Of a DNA stretch of 64,000 nucleotides, positions 1 through 12,024 are shown piece after piece (within the stretch, counting starts at the first letter, position 1; the number at the start of each line of letters is the position of its first letter). The translations under genes were made by a program, and so were the position numbers. The notes under the pieces are model-generated. The model saw only the letters and a list, made by a program, of their open reading frames with translations. It ran no database searches and was not told where the DNA came from. The stretch spans positions 8,618,001 through 8,682,000 of the forward strand of contig NC_135908.1 of NCBI RefSeq assembly GCF_964194155.1. The letters are read 5' to 3'. The stretch is from Cetorhinus maximus (lineage: Eukaryota).

Positions 1-2029
1 GACCAACATTACTCCTTCAACTAATTCCAACCAAAAACGCATTAAATGGTCATTCTGTTTTTGACATCTTGTTGTGCACATGATGGCTGCCGTATCTACT
101 TCCACAAGATAAGCCACTGCACTTTAAAACATAACTCACGGTAGGTGAACTGATTGGGCATGCTGTATAAATTCAAGTTACTCTTCTCCATTGAATAAAA
201 CTCTAGAATATCCGTTGGCTGCCACATTTCTGCCACTTGAATGAGGCCTGCTGCCCTTCTCCTCCACCCACTCCTGGCAGCACAGTTATCGTGTCCCACA
301 GACTAGTGGATAAACCTCAATCTCTATTCAGGTCTGGAATCTCTAATCCTATTCCCAAAACGAACTGTTTTGAAAAAGGTTGTAATGACTTCCAGCCACG
401 ATGTGTTGTACGAGCTGTATCAACTCTACGAAAAGCACCAGGGCTGGAAATAAAACTCGAAACCCAAAGCGTTCAGCGTGCACCTCGTGGATAAGTTTCA
501 GCCTATGCACAAAGCAGGTGATCTGTGAAACAGGGAGATCCAGGTATTTTATCTTCAAATGTGGTAGGGATTGGTCTTCCATGCACGAGGATAAACTGAA
601 ATCCAGACGTGCCTGTTGGCTGGAATCAACCCATGTGAACAACATTGATGCTGTTTCTAAAGAGTATGGACCCAAAGGAGGGTTTATAAGGGAAATGGAA
701 AACGGTCACACAAGAGCACTGGATGGGGTGGGGGAGATGGTGGTGTCTCCTCTGAGGTTGAGGGATTTTATTGGGTAGAAGTGCAGAGGGACTATACTCT
801 GCATCGATGTACAAGTGGTGACCAGTCTCTCACATGGACCAGCTTGCTCCCCAGCACTGGTCAAACTCATAAACCCATTGCCAAGGTGATGCCCTCCTAT
901 CAATGGCCAATAGACTACATGATGTGTGACTGACCTACACAGGAAGGTGCCAGGTTCAACCTGATCTCAGTTGAGGCAATAAAAGAACTGCAATCAGTCT
1001 CAGTGCCCCAGAAGAGAGAGGGGGGAAATCATTCCGGTCTCCTGTTACTGATAGAAGGGTTACTTTTCAATTATTTTCAAGATGTGGGTGTAAAATCCTA
1101 TCTAATGTTGATTGTCAATATTTACAGACACTACACCACACAAGCTGTACAAGTAGCTCGGAATGTTGTAGGAATCTCATTTGTAGCCTCCACACAAAGT
1201 AGAAGATGCTACCTAATCTTTAACCATTTCATACCCAAATAGAATGACTAGGAGGAGGGTAAAGAGCAGAGAGAAATTATTAAAAACAAATTTCCTTTGT
1301 TTACTGCTTGTAGCTATAAATTATAAAATTGTTCTTTATATGTGCTGATCCACATTCCTGGGGGTCACCTGTCATTCTTCTGCCATGTTTCCTGGGTCAC
1401 GAGATCCTTCTCTGTCCATTTAAACAGTAAGACACACCACAGTACGTTATTAATTCAATTTATCCAAAGGGTTTAAAGGGGCTTCCATTCCTAGCTGTAT
1501 GGGCAGTGAATAGGACAGGGCACTCTGGTTAGGGGAAGTCGGTCAGGTTTCTTGCTGCTGTGCTATCCAGTGAACCCTGACGGGTGTGTACATTTAACAA
1601 GATTGAATAGCATCACAGTTAAATAGCTCACTGACATTCATGAAGAAATGTCACAGGTGAAGAGTTGTAGGGCGGTGTTGAAGCGGGTATTGGTTGTCTG
1701 CCAGATCCTGCACGGGGACAGAGGAGAAAAGGTAGAACTGAAGAGGCTTCAAGGCTCAGTTTACCTCTGACCTGGTAACCCCAAAGGAAATCCTCCCTCA
1801 ATTCTGCCATGGCAACCGTTTCCTGATCTCTTACACATTTACGCTTTGCTTGCTGTCATGCAGCCTAATAACAGGTTCACAAATGGAGAGACATTTATCT
1901 GTACAGGGATTGACTTGCACGCAACTCATGAGTCGAGGTTTCACCCTCTCCTCTCATTGGTTATCAACCAAGAGGCTCAGGATCCCTCTCCCGTGAAGCA
2001 GGAAGATCCAGATTTTCCCTCTTCGGTCT

Positions 2030-3875
2030 CTCTCCCTCCTTAATCCTGGGGGTCGGTCTCTCGCTCCCTCCCTCCTTAATCCTGGGGGTCGGTCTCTCGC
2101 TCCCTCCCTCCTTAATCCTGGGGGTCGGTCTCTCTCTCCCTCCGTCCTTAATCCTGGGGGTCGGTCTCTCGTTCCCTCCCTCCTTAATCCTGGGGGTCGG
2201 TCTCTCGCTCCCTCCCTCTTTAATCCTGGGGGTCGGTCTCTCGCTCCCTCCCTCCTTAATCCTGGGGGTCGGTCTCTCGCTCCCTCCCTCCTTAATCCTG
2301 GGGGTCGGTCTCTCGCTCCCTCCCTCTTTAATCCTAGGGGTCGGTCTCTCGCTCCCTCCCTCCTTAATCCTGGGGGTCGGTCTCTCTCTCTCCCCCTCCT
2401 TAATCCTGGGGGTCGGTCTCTCTCTCTCCCCCTCCTTAATCCTGGGGGTCGGTCTCTCTCTCTCCCCCTCCTTAATCCTGGGGGTCGGTCTCTCTCTCCC
2501 CCTCCTTAATCCTGGGGGTCGGTCTCTCTCTCTCTCCCTCCTTAATCCTGGGGGTCGGTCTCTCTCTCCCTCTTTAATCCTGGGGTATCTTTCTCTCAGC
2601 AATCCTAGGGTTTCTCCTTCGTTGCCCCAGCGTTTCTCTGTCTCCCTCATTAATTCTAGGGTCTCTCTCTCTCTCCCCCCCACATTAATCCTAGGGTCTC
2701 TCTATCCCCCATATTAATTCTAGGGTCCCTCTCTCTCACTCTCTCCCACATTAATCCTAGGGTCTCTCTCTCTTCCCCCCAACGTTAATCCTAAGGTCTC
2801 TCTCGCTCTCCCAACCCCATGTTAATCCTAGGGTCTCTCTCTCTCTCTCCCCCAACGTTAATCCTAGGGTCTCTCTCGCTCTCCCAACCCCATGTTAATC
2901 CTAGGGTCTCTCTCTCTCTTCCCCCCCCCCACGTTAATCCTAGGGTTTCTCTCTCTCCCCCCCACCGCCTCCCCCCACATTAATCCTAGGGTCTCTCTCT
3001 CTCTCTCTCCCCCCCCCCCACCATGATAATCCTAGGGTCTCTCTCTCCCCACCCCCCTTGATAATCCTAGGGTCTCTTTCTCTCCCCCCACCCACGTTAA
3101 TCCTAGGTTCTCTCTCTCTCTCCCACCCACGTTAATCCAAGATTCTCTCTCTCTCTCTCCCACGTTAATCCTAGGTTCTCTCTCTCTCCCCAATTAATCC
3201 TAAATTCTCTCTCTCTCCCCCCACGTTAATCCTAGGTTCTCTCTCTCTCTCTCCCCCAGTTAATCCTAGGTACTCTCTCTCTCCTCTACATTAATCCTAG
3301 GTTCTCTCTCTCTCTCTCCCACCCACGTTAATCCTAGGTTCTCTCTCTCTCTCTCCCACCCACATTAATCCTAGGTTCTCTCTCTCTCTCCCACCCACGT
3401 TAATCCTAGGTTCTCTCTCTCTCTCTCTCTCCCCCACCCACGTTAATCCTAGGTTCTCTCTCTCTCTCTCTCCCACCCACGTTAATCCTAGGTTCTCTCT
3501 CTCTCTCCCACCCACCCACATTAATCCTAGGTTCTCTCTCTCTCTCCCACCCACGTTAATCCTAGGTTCTCTCTCTCTCCCACCCACGTTAATCCTAGAT
3601 TCTCTCTCTCTCCCACGTTAATCCTAGATTCTCTCTCTCTCTCCCACCCACATTAATCCTAGATTCTCTCCCTCTCTCTCCCACGTTAATCCTAGGTTCT
3701 CTCTCTCTCTCCCACCCACATTAATCCTAGGTTCTCTCTCTCTCTCCCACCCACGTTAATCCTAGATTCTCTCTCCCACCCACATTAATCCTAGGTTCTC
3801 TCTCTCTCTCTCTCTCTCACCCACGTTAATCCTAGATTCTCTCTCTCACCCACGTTAATCTTGGGGTCTCTCTCC
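2030..3875. repeat. Minisatellite: 36-bp unit CCTTAATCCTGGGGGTCGGTCTCTCGCTCCCTCCCT grading into TTAATCCTAGG(G/T)T(CT)n-CCCAC variants
   Basis: Tandem units are directly visible and explain the 12-aa repeat ORF 1964..2683. Confidence 0.97.
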
Positions 3876-5782
3876 CCCTCTATAGTTTATTCTGTGATCT
3901 CTCTCGGGATAAACCAGTTGCAAAGCGGAAGTTAGTTTCCCGCCATCAGGCGGCCTCACCCACCTCCCAGTCCCTGAGGATCTGAATTTAAACTGGAAGA
4001 GTTATCGCTCGGGCAAGCTCTGTGGAGCTGCTGAGACTGGGAGTGACAGCCTGACTACCACGCTACTTGGGAGACAATTCCCTGAACGATACATTAGCAA
4101 AGTTACATAGTGAAAGAGGCACGTTTAGAAAATGGGGAGGGGTGATGAAGAATTTAAGGCAGACACTGGGACTGATGCAATCCTTTCAGACAGGGGCTCC
4201 CTGATCATCTGCATTTGCAGTTTCATTCCTGCGAGAACCTGAACCGGCCGGTTAAACAGTTTCACATCACATCCAAAGAGCTAAAGTAGAAACAGTTCAG
4301 CCGCCCCGAAAACCACGCCCTTTCGTGGATTGAAAATGCAAAGCAAGATGAGGCTGGAAACCAGGAGAAACGAGAGATTTGCCTGTCAACTTCTAATTCC
4401 GGACAGGAACTGTTAAAAAAACAAAAGCTAACCTTTCCTACCCAAGGTTAGCCTCCCCCCAACCCCACCCCCCCTCCCTTCGATCACTCAGTTCAAACCC
4501 ACAGAACAGGCTGGACCTCAGGGAAAAGGATCTCTCCAAAACACACACACACACACACTGCCTGCCAACTTTCCCCAACAATCAATTTTAAAACATGCTA
4601 AATATTTTTGGACACAGGTTACTCGTCTGATTCCCCCCCCCCCACCAACCCCCACCCCCCAACCAAAACCAAACCACCTTAATGCTGAGAGTTGCTTCCT
4701 CCAGGCGCAATTGCTGGAGTTCAAGGGGTATAACTTACAGCCATAGTGTGGTCTGACTGCTCCCGCTCCATCCACTTCGTCTGATGTGGACATCCTTAAT
4801 TCACTCTGCCCCTTCAAACCCTTACCAAAGACACGGGAAGTCTCCGCTTTCAAACAGGGTGGGCGTGCACTTCACTCTGTAAGTGCACCTCAGCCTATTT
4901 CAGCGTTTCCTCCCTTTCCCAGGCAGTTCTGGGTGTAGTTTTCGGCTTGATCATTCATCCTCACACCCCCTCTATTGCTCTCTCTCTGTATTGCACTGGC
5001 TATGCTTTCGCTTTTCCCAGTGACTCACTAACAAGTGACATATTCTTCCATACGCCTCAGGTCGATGACATTTTCTTTTACTCCAGACAGCGGTAGCTCA
5101 GTGAGCAACACTCATGCCTTTGAGTGGAAAGTTGTCTAAAGTCCAAAGATTTGAGCAAGTGACCCAGTGCTGTCATTCCCGTTGCCGTCCGCAGGAAGAG
5201 GCCGTTCAGCCCCTCCGGTCTGTTCCACCACTCAGTGAGATCATGGTGAGATCTTTATCTGAACTCCCATGTCCATTTATACCCTTGGCTAGCAAAAATC
5301 TATACATTTCAGGATAAAATGTAACACGGAGGGGACACCGCACTGTCGCAGGTGCCATTGTGTGAATGAAATGTCAAAACGAGGTCCTGTCTGTTTCTCA
5401 GGGCAACGTAAAGGAACCCATGGTATCATTTCAAAGATGATTCTCCCTGGTGTCTTCTTGTGTGTCAATACGTGTCCCTCAAACAGCATCTGGTCATCCT
5501 ATCATTGCTGTTTACATCGCTTTGCACCATTTGGCTGCTGTTTCTTACATTACAACAGGGACTACACTTCACCTAAAAGCGATTCATTGTCACTGTCGGA
5601 TATCATGAGGTCATAAAAGGCGCTACATGAATGCAAGTTCTTTCCTTTATCCCTTAAGATGAGGAATATACTTTTACTGTCCAATATTTAGTTAAAATCT
5701 CGAGGATTTTAATAGTGAGACCCGTTGTTGTGGGCTCCGGATACTGTGATCTGACACATAGACACCTTTTAAAAAATTTATC

Positions 5783-6148
5783 ATTTCATGGCATGTGGGT
5801 GTCGCTGGCAAGACCAGCATTTGTTGCCAAACCCAAATTACCCTTGAACTGAGTTGAGTGGCTTGCTAGGCCATTTCAGTCAAGAGTCAACCACATTGCT
5901 GTGGGTCTGGAATTACATGTAGACCAGGCCAGGTAAGGAAGACAGATTTCCTTCCCCAAAGGGCTAGGTAAACCAGACAATCAACAAGTTTCATCATCAA
6001 CATTACTGAGAATAGCTTTCAATTCTAGATCTGTTCATTGAATTCCACCAGCTGCCGTGGTGGGATTTGAACCCTTATCCTCAAAGCATTAGGCTAGGCC
6101 TCTAGATTATTAATCCAGCAAGAATATCACTAATCCACTGCCTCCCCT
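5783..6148 (-). mobile_element. tRNA-headed SINE-like element, same family
   Basis: Reverse complement of the same head, body and tail (ccacattgctgtgggtctgg; gggatttgaaccc). Confidence 0.85.
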
Positions 6149-6924
6149 AAACTGATGGACACCGCAGTGAGATAAGGTCAATTCTAAACCAAGAAACTGG
6201 TTTATTTGGATTATTTGATATGCACTTTTATCTATTTCCTATCACTCTTCATGTTGTAAAAGAAAATAAATTGGCCTAAGTGATGTTAAGAGTCAGTGTC
6301 TCTCTCATTCTGCCAGACTCAAAACCTCCCGTGGAGTTCTTTCCTGAGAAGGGAAGATATTGGGAGATGGACAAAGAGAGAGGGGAAACCAAATGCTTAA
6401 CCTCTGTCCCTCGTTCTGCTCCCAGTGCCTTTGCCTTTACGGCTACCCCTTCCCATTCTGCCTTTGTGACTCCACTATTGTTTCTTTCTCTGTCACCAAT
6501 CGCCCCTTTTGTTTCGATTAACTATATTTTAAAGGGAGTTCGTCTGAGGTGAGCGATAATCCTTCCCCCCCCCGCCCTTGCTGTTGGGCAGAGGGCTAAT
6601 TTCGGGCTTGGGGGTCAGCGTAAATTTATTTCAGAGGAATTTTATTTTGTTGAAGGGGAGTGTTCCAAAAGAGAAAAACTCTAAAGATAAACTTGTAGGC
6701 GAAAAGAGCAATTGACGACACCGACAATCTATTGCAACCTATCTCATGGGGCCGGTCACTCCTCTCCTTTGCCCACTGATCATACAGCTGCTGATACCCA
6801 TGGTCAACTTACTCAGTGGTTGAGATTCATGTACAACTAGCTGACAGGCAGGTGGGAGGGGGTGTTCTTTCTCTTATTAAATTCTATTATTAGTACTTCA
6901 TATGGGTCACATACGAATCCCACG

Positions 6925-7352
6925 GGTGTGATAGCAGTGGTTACGTTACTCGACTAATAATCTGGGGATGTGGAATCAAATCTCACCATGGCAGCTGGGG
7001 AATTTTAGTTCGGTTAATTAACTGAATCGGGAATAGAAAACGAGCATCAGTATTGGTGACTACTGCACTGTTGTTAAAATCTTATTCGATTTACTAATCC
7101 CTTTTAGGGAAGGAAACCTGCTGCCCTCCTTACCCAGTCTGGTCCACATTTGACCTCAGACCCACAGCAATGTGGTTCGCTATTAACTGACCTCTGCAAT
7201 GGCCTAGCAAGCCACTCAGCTGTACCAAACGGCACACCAGATGGAGTGCAGCGGTTCAAGGAGGTGGCTCGTTAATACTTTCTCAAGGGCAATTAGGGAT
7301 GGGCAATAAATGCTGGCCTAGTTCGAGACACCCATCTCTTGTGAATGAATAG
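6925..7352 (+). mobile_element. tRNA-headed SINE-like element: 5' part of the 61458 LINE joined to its 3' tail
   Basis: The head and body match 61458-61765; the tail matches the reverse complement of 42710-42830. Confidence 0.85.
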
Positions 7353-7384
7353 AAGATAACAAATCAAAATCAAAAATAGCAAAA

Positions 7385-8135
7385 ACAAAAAGGACAAACA
7401 AGGCACGGGAATACACGGTGAATGGCAGGACCTTGGGAAGTACCGAGGATCAGAGGGACCTTGGTGTGCATGTCCACCAATCCCTTAAGGCATATGGGAT
7501 ACTTGCCTTTATTAGCCGAGGCATAGAATATAAGAGCAGGGAGGTTATGCTGGAACTGTATACAACGCTGGTTAGGCCACAGCTAGAGTATTGCGTGCAG
7601 TTTTGGAATCCGCATTATAGGAAGGATGTGATTGCACTAGAGAGAGCGCAGAGGAGATTTACCAGGACGTTGCCTGGGTTGGAGAGTTTTAGTTATGAGG
7701 AGAGATCGGATAGACTGGGGTTATTTTCCCTGGAGCAGAGGAGATTGAGGGGGGACATGATTGAGGCATATAAAATTATGAGGAGCATAGATAGGGTAGA
7801 CAGGAAGGAACTTTTCCCTTTGGTGGAGGGATCAATAACCAGGGGGCATAGATTTAAGGTAAGGGGCAGGAGGTTTAGAGGGGATGTGAGGAAGAATTTT
7901 TTCATCCAGAGGGTGGTGGGAATCTGGAATTCACTGCCTGAAAGGGTGGTAGAGGCAGAAACCCTCATAACATTTAAGAAGAAGCATCTGGATGTGCACT
8001 TGCGATGCCATGGCATACAAAGCTATGGGCCTAGTGCTGGAAAATGGGATTAGAATAGTTAGGTACTTGTTTGACAGGTGCAGACTCGATGGGCCGAAGG
8101 GCCTTTTACTGTGCTGTAGACATCTATGACTCTAA
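7385..8135 (+). mobile_element. CR1 LINE 3' fragment (RT C-terminus + 3'UTR)
   Basis: ORF 7418..8053 RDLGVHV...LVRPQLEYCVQFW...RRLRGDMIE; tail gggccgaagggcc...tctatgactct. Confidence 0.95.
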
Positions 8136-8837
8136 ATCAACACTCTGATATCTGAAGTTGATAGATTTCAGTGTCCTGATTTAGGATTTATTCACTGGTA
8201 GGACAGCAGCCCATCCAAACAGCCATGCCCACTCAAGAGTACCAACCAGTGAATAAACAATTTTAAAAAGTGAGTAGAAGTTGGACAGAATTGCCAAGGC
8301 ATGTAGCCAAATTTGGTTTGGACACGCCCTTGCTGACAATGTCAGAACATCCACAATGCAAGTTAAATGCACCGGAAACATGTTAGGAAGTTTTCTCCTA
8401 ACCCACAGTGTTGCTTCTCCATTTACTTCCGTGAGATATTCAGAACTGCTCAGCTGGTGAGGTAGTTCAACAGCAAGATCAGCTATTCACTGGTTGTGGC
8501 CATGGTTCAGTGGTAGCACTCCCACCTCTGAGTTCAAGTCTCACTCCAGGACTTGAATTCAAAAATCAAGGCGAACACTCCAGTGCAGTGCCAAGGGATG
8601 CAGATTCCACTGCATTACTTCAAAGAAAAGCAGGTTATCACTGGTGTCCTGGCAAAATTTTGTCCCTCAGTCAATATCACACAGATTATCTGATTAATGC
8701 TACATGGCTGTTTGTAGGAGTTTTCTGTGTGCAAATTGGGTGCTGCATTTACTCCATTACAACAGTGACTATACTTCATTGGATGTAAAGTGCTTTGAGA
8801 TGTCTGGTCAGTGTGAAAAGTGCTATATTTTGCTATA

Positions 8838-9280
8838 TATTGGCTTATCTTATGAAGAAAGGATGGGCCTATACCCATTGGAGTTTAGAAGAATGAGAGG
8901 TGATCTTATTGAAACATATAAGATCCCGAGGGATTGGATAGGGTAAATACCAGGAGGACGTTTTCACTTGTGGGAGAGACTAGAACCAGGGGGCACAGTT
9001 TAAGAATAAGAGGTCTACCATTTAAGAGCAGGAGCATTCTTTTCTCTCAAAGGGTCGTTAGTATGTGTAATTCTTTTCCCCAGAAAGCAGAGGAGCAGGG
9101 TCATTGAATTTATTCAAGGCAGAGTTAGACAGACTTTTGATAGATAAGGGGGTCAAGGGTTACCGGGGTGGCAGATGGCAAAATGGAGGGGAGACCAAAA
9201 CCAGATCAGCCATGACTTTATTGAATGGCAGAGCAGGTTCAAAGGGTTCAATGGCCTAATCCTGCTCCTAAGTCCTATAT
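8838..9280 (+). mobile_element. CR1 LINE 3' fragment
   Basis: GLSYEER...LEFRRMRGDLIETYKI, plus the agatcagccatga...gaatggc 3'UTR. Confidence 0.85.
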
Positions 9281-10309
9281 AAATGCTCATCTTTCTTTTT
9301 ATAAAGATGTGCTGTATAAGGAATTACCTTGTTGGTATGAAACCCCTCTTCCCATTACAGTGTAAGGCCTGTCAATGAACACCTGTGTGGAGATCACCTA
9401 ATGCAACAGATAGACAAAGATTGAATCAAGTATCAATACAGCCTTTTAAGCTCAGCGACACGTTGGATAACTTTACTGAGCTATTTCTATAGCACAAGTT
9501 CAGTTAAACATTATCTTTGATGATAAGAGCTTCTGTTGCTTTTATTCAGTTTTTTAAAAATTGTGAGAGGTAGATGAACTGACAAGAACTTAAATTAGAA
9601 AGAATAGGAGTGAAGAGGAGGGGAAATCAAGAAGAAAAGATTAACTGAGATCAAGCTTTAATTTAAACCCCGTCAATTGAAGGGTGAGGGAGAGACTTTC
9701 TAGGTCCTGGGAAAGGTTCAATCAAAGCAGGAGATTGTGTGTTGTGAGTTTAACAGTGAGGAAGCACTAGGCAGCATAGTCAGAGCTTGATAAGAAAAAT
9801 AAAGCCTCATTATTAAAAAGTCATGTTAATTCAGAATATTTTCTCACACTGAAAAAGCAACTAAATGTAATCAGTGATCAATGGACTCATTTCACAGTTG
9901 TTTTAAGGTCAAAATGTCACTGAGAGTGTTCAGATTTAATTCCTGGTCATTTTTGCATCCCTCATTTTAATTGCTTCACCATTAGTGGTCAGCCTTCAGC
10001 TGCCTGGCCTTTAAGCTCTGGAATTCCCTTCCTAAACCTCTCCACCTCTCTCTCCTCCTCCAAGACAGTACTTAAAATCTATCTCTTTGACCAAGCTTTT
10101 GGTCACCTGCCTGATATGGCGCCAGGTCATATTTATTTTATAAAGCACCTTAGGACATTTTATTACATTAAGGGTGCTATCTAAATAAAGCTGTTGTTGT
10201 AAAATGACAAACTGAAGAAGTGAATTATATGGAAGACAGCTCCTCTCCATGGTTATGTTGAATCACTGCATCACACAATTGGGCACAGCACAGTCAGTTT
10301 CTGCCTTTG

Positions 10310-10362
10310 GTCGCCATCTACTGGTGGAAATCAGTGTGGACTCAGCGCAATGCCCCCTGCAA
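10310..10362 (-). promoter_or_regulatory. Putative CTCF site(s)
   Basis: Minus-strand CCACCAGTAGATGGCGA (10311-10327) matches the CCAGYAGRKGGCR core; a weaker GCAGGGGGCA lies at 10351-10360. Confidence 0.55.
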
Positions 10363-10879
10363 TCAGACAGGCTGCTGACACTCAGGCTAATTTTAATTTA
10401 ACTCATGTATACATAGGAGCCACAACATGAAAACAGGCTATTCGAGCCAACCATTCCATGTCAGTTTTTACTCTCCACGTGAGCAAAGAATCCTTAATGT
10501 TTTTACCCGGGGTTATCTGATCCCACATTCCTTCATCCACCTAACCCAATCAAATCGTCAATGTTTCTGCTTGCTTCAGCTACTAATCTGGAAGTGAATT
10601 TCACAGCCTTTGTGTAAAGAAGCTACTCCTGCTCTCTCTTCTAAATCTCTTACATTTTAACTTTTAATCAAAAGCCTCTTGCCCCAGATCTCTCAACTGC
10701 TGGAGAGAGACTGCTTCTATCTACCCCGTCCAATCATAATATTAAACACTTACATCATACCACCTGTTCCCTGTGTTTTGTGAACAAAAAATGCACAATG
10801 AAGGATTGTCACTCAGTTGAGGTAACTGAGGATGGCCAGGATCTGTAGGGGAATTTAATCTTAGTCTGCATTTTAAAAA

Positions 10880-11233
10880 ATTCGTTCATGGGCTAGGCCA
10901 TCCCTAATTGACCTTGAGAACTGAGTGGCTTGCTAGGCCATTTTAGAGGGCATTTAAGAGTCAACCACATTTCTGTGAGTCTGGAGTCACATGCAGGCCA
11001 GACCAGGCAGGGACAGCAGATTTCCTTCCCTAAGGACATTAATGAACCAGATGGGTTTGTACAACAATCAACAATAGTTTCATGGTCATCATTAGACTTA
11101 TAATTCCAGATTTAAAAAAAAAACTTAAATTCAAATTTCACCATCTGCCATGGTGGGATTCAAACTCGGGTCCCCAGTGCATTACCCTGGGTCTCTCTGC
11201 ATTACTCGTCCAGTGACAAAGCCACCGACTGCC
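10880..11233 (-). mobile_element. tRNA-headed SINE-like element, same family
   Basis: Same body, with B-box region gggattcaaactc at ~11155. Confidence 0.85.
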
Positions 11234-11658
11234 CAGTGACTTTGAGATTTGTTTAGCAGGGGGTGTAAAGGCACTTTGGATATAAAGTGTGAGAAAAGCA
11301 AAGGAAACTCCATGATCCTCACATGGAATTATCTGCACACCTCAGAATAGCTGGTTCCACTGACTAGGCTCAACTCCAAACAGGCATCTGATATCAAGCT
11401 GAAATTTCCAAGACTGCAACTCAATACTAGAAACTTGCACTCATCACACATCGATATGATTTAAATACCAAGCGCCCAATTTTGTCAAGCAATGAATATA
11501 GTTGTGACCCCAAGACAGCCTGATCCTTCCCCTCTGTTGGAGAGCTGTCGTTTTGATTCAGGCCAGTGAAGTTGCGTAGCTGATGGCTCCATTGGTAAAT
11601 GCACTTCTCTGTGAGAAGCTGAACCTCGTGAGCAGGAAGGTTCCAGTTTTTAAAATAA

Positions 11659-12022
11659 TTCATTCACTGGGGGTTGTTATTTTTAGCAAGGCCAGCGTTT
11701 ATTATCCTTGAGAAAGTGTACTGAATAACTTCTTCTGTACATTTGATTGGACTGAAATGCCTTTTCAGAGGGCAGTTACGAGTCAGCTACATTGCTGTAG
11801 GTCTGGAGGCACATATAGACCAGATCAGGTGAGGACAGCTGATTTCCTTCCCTAAAAATCCCAGATGGATTTCTACAACATTCCAGTCATTTCATATTCA
11901 CAAGTTTTTTATTCCAGATTTATTTATTAGTTGAATTAAAATTCATCCTGTTGCTATGGTGGGTTTTGAACTCATGACTCTGGGTAATTAGTCCAGGTGT
12001 GAGGACTACTGGTCCAGTAACA
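11659..12022 (-). mobile_element. Diverged copy of the same tRNA-headed SINE-like family
   Basis: acattgctgtaggtctgg, gatttccttccctaa and gggttttgaactc motifs. Confidence 0.75.
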
Positions 12023-12024
12023 TA

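Noticed and set aside
331-453. Plus-strand frame LESLILFPKRTVLKK...YELYQLYEKHQGWK* as a terminal exon (e.g. GRAMD2A by synteny)
   Set aside because: No recognisable similarity to GRAMD2A or any protein I know; short and unsupported.
1964-3587. Long ORFs with ERPTPRIKEGG / GGRERENLGL repeats
   Set aside because: Translations of the minisatellite; the 36-bp unit lacks stops by chance, and there is no splice or homology support.
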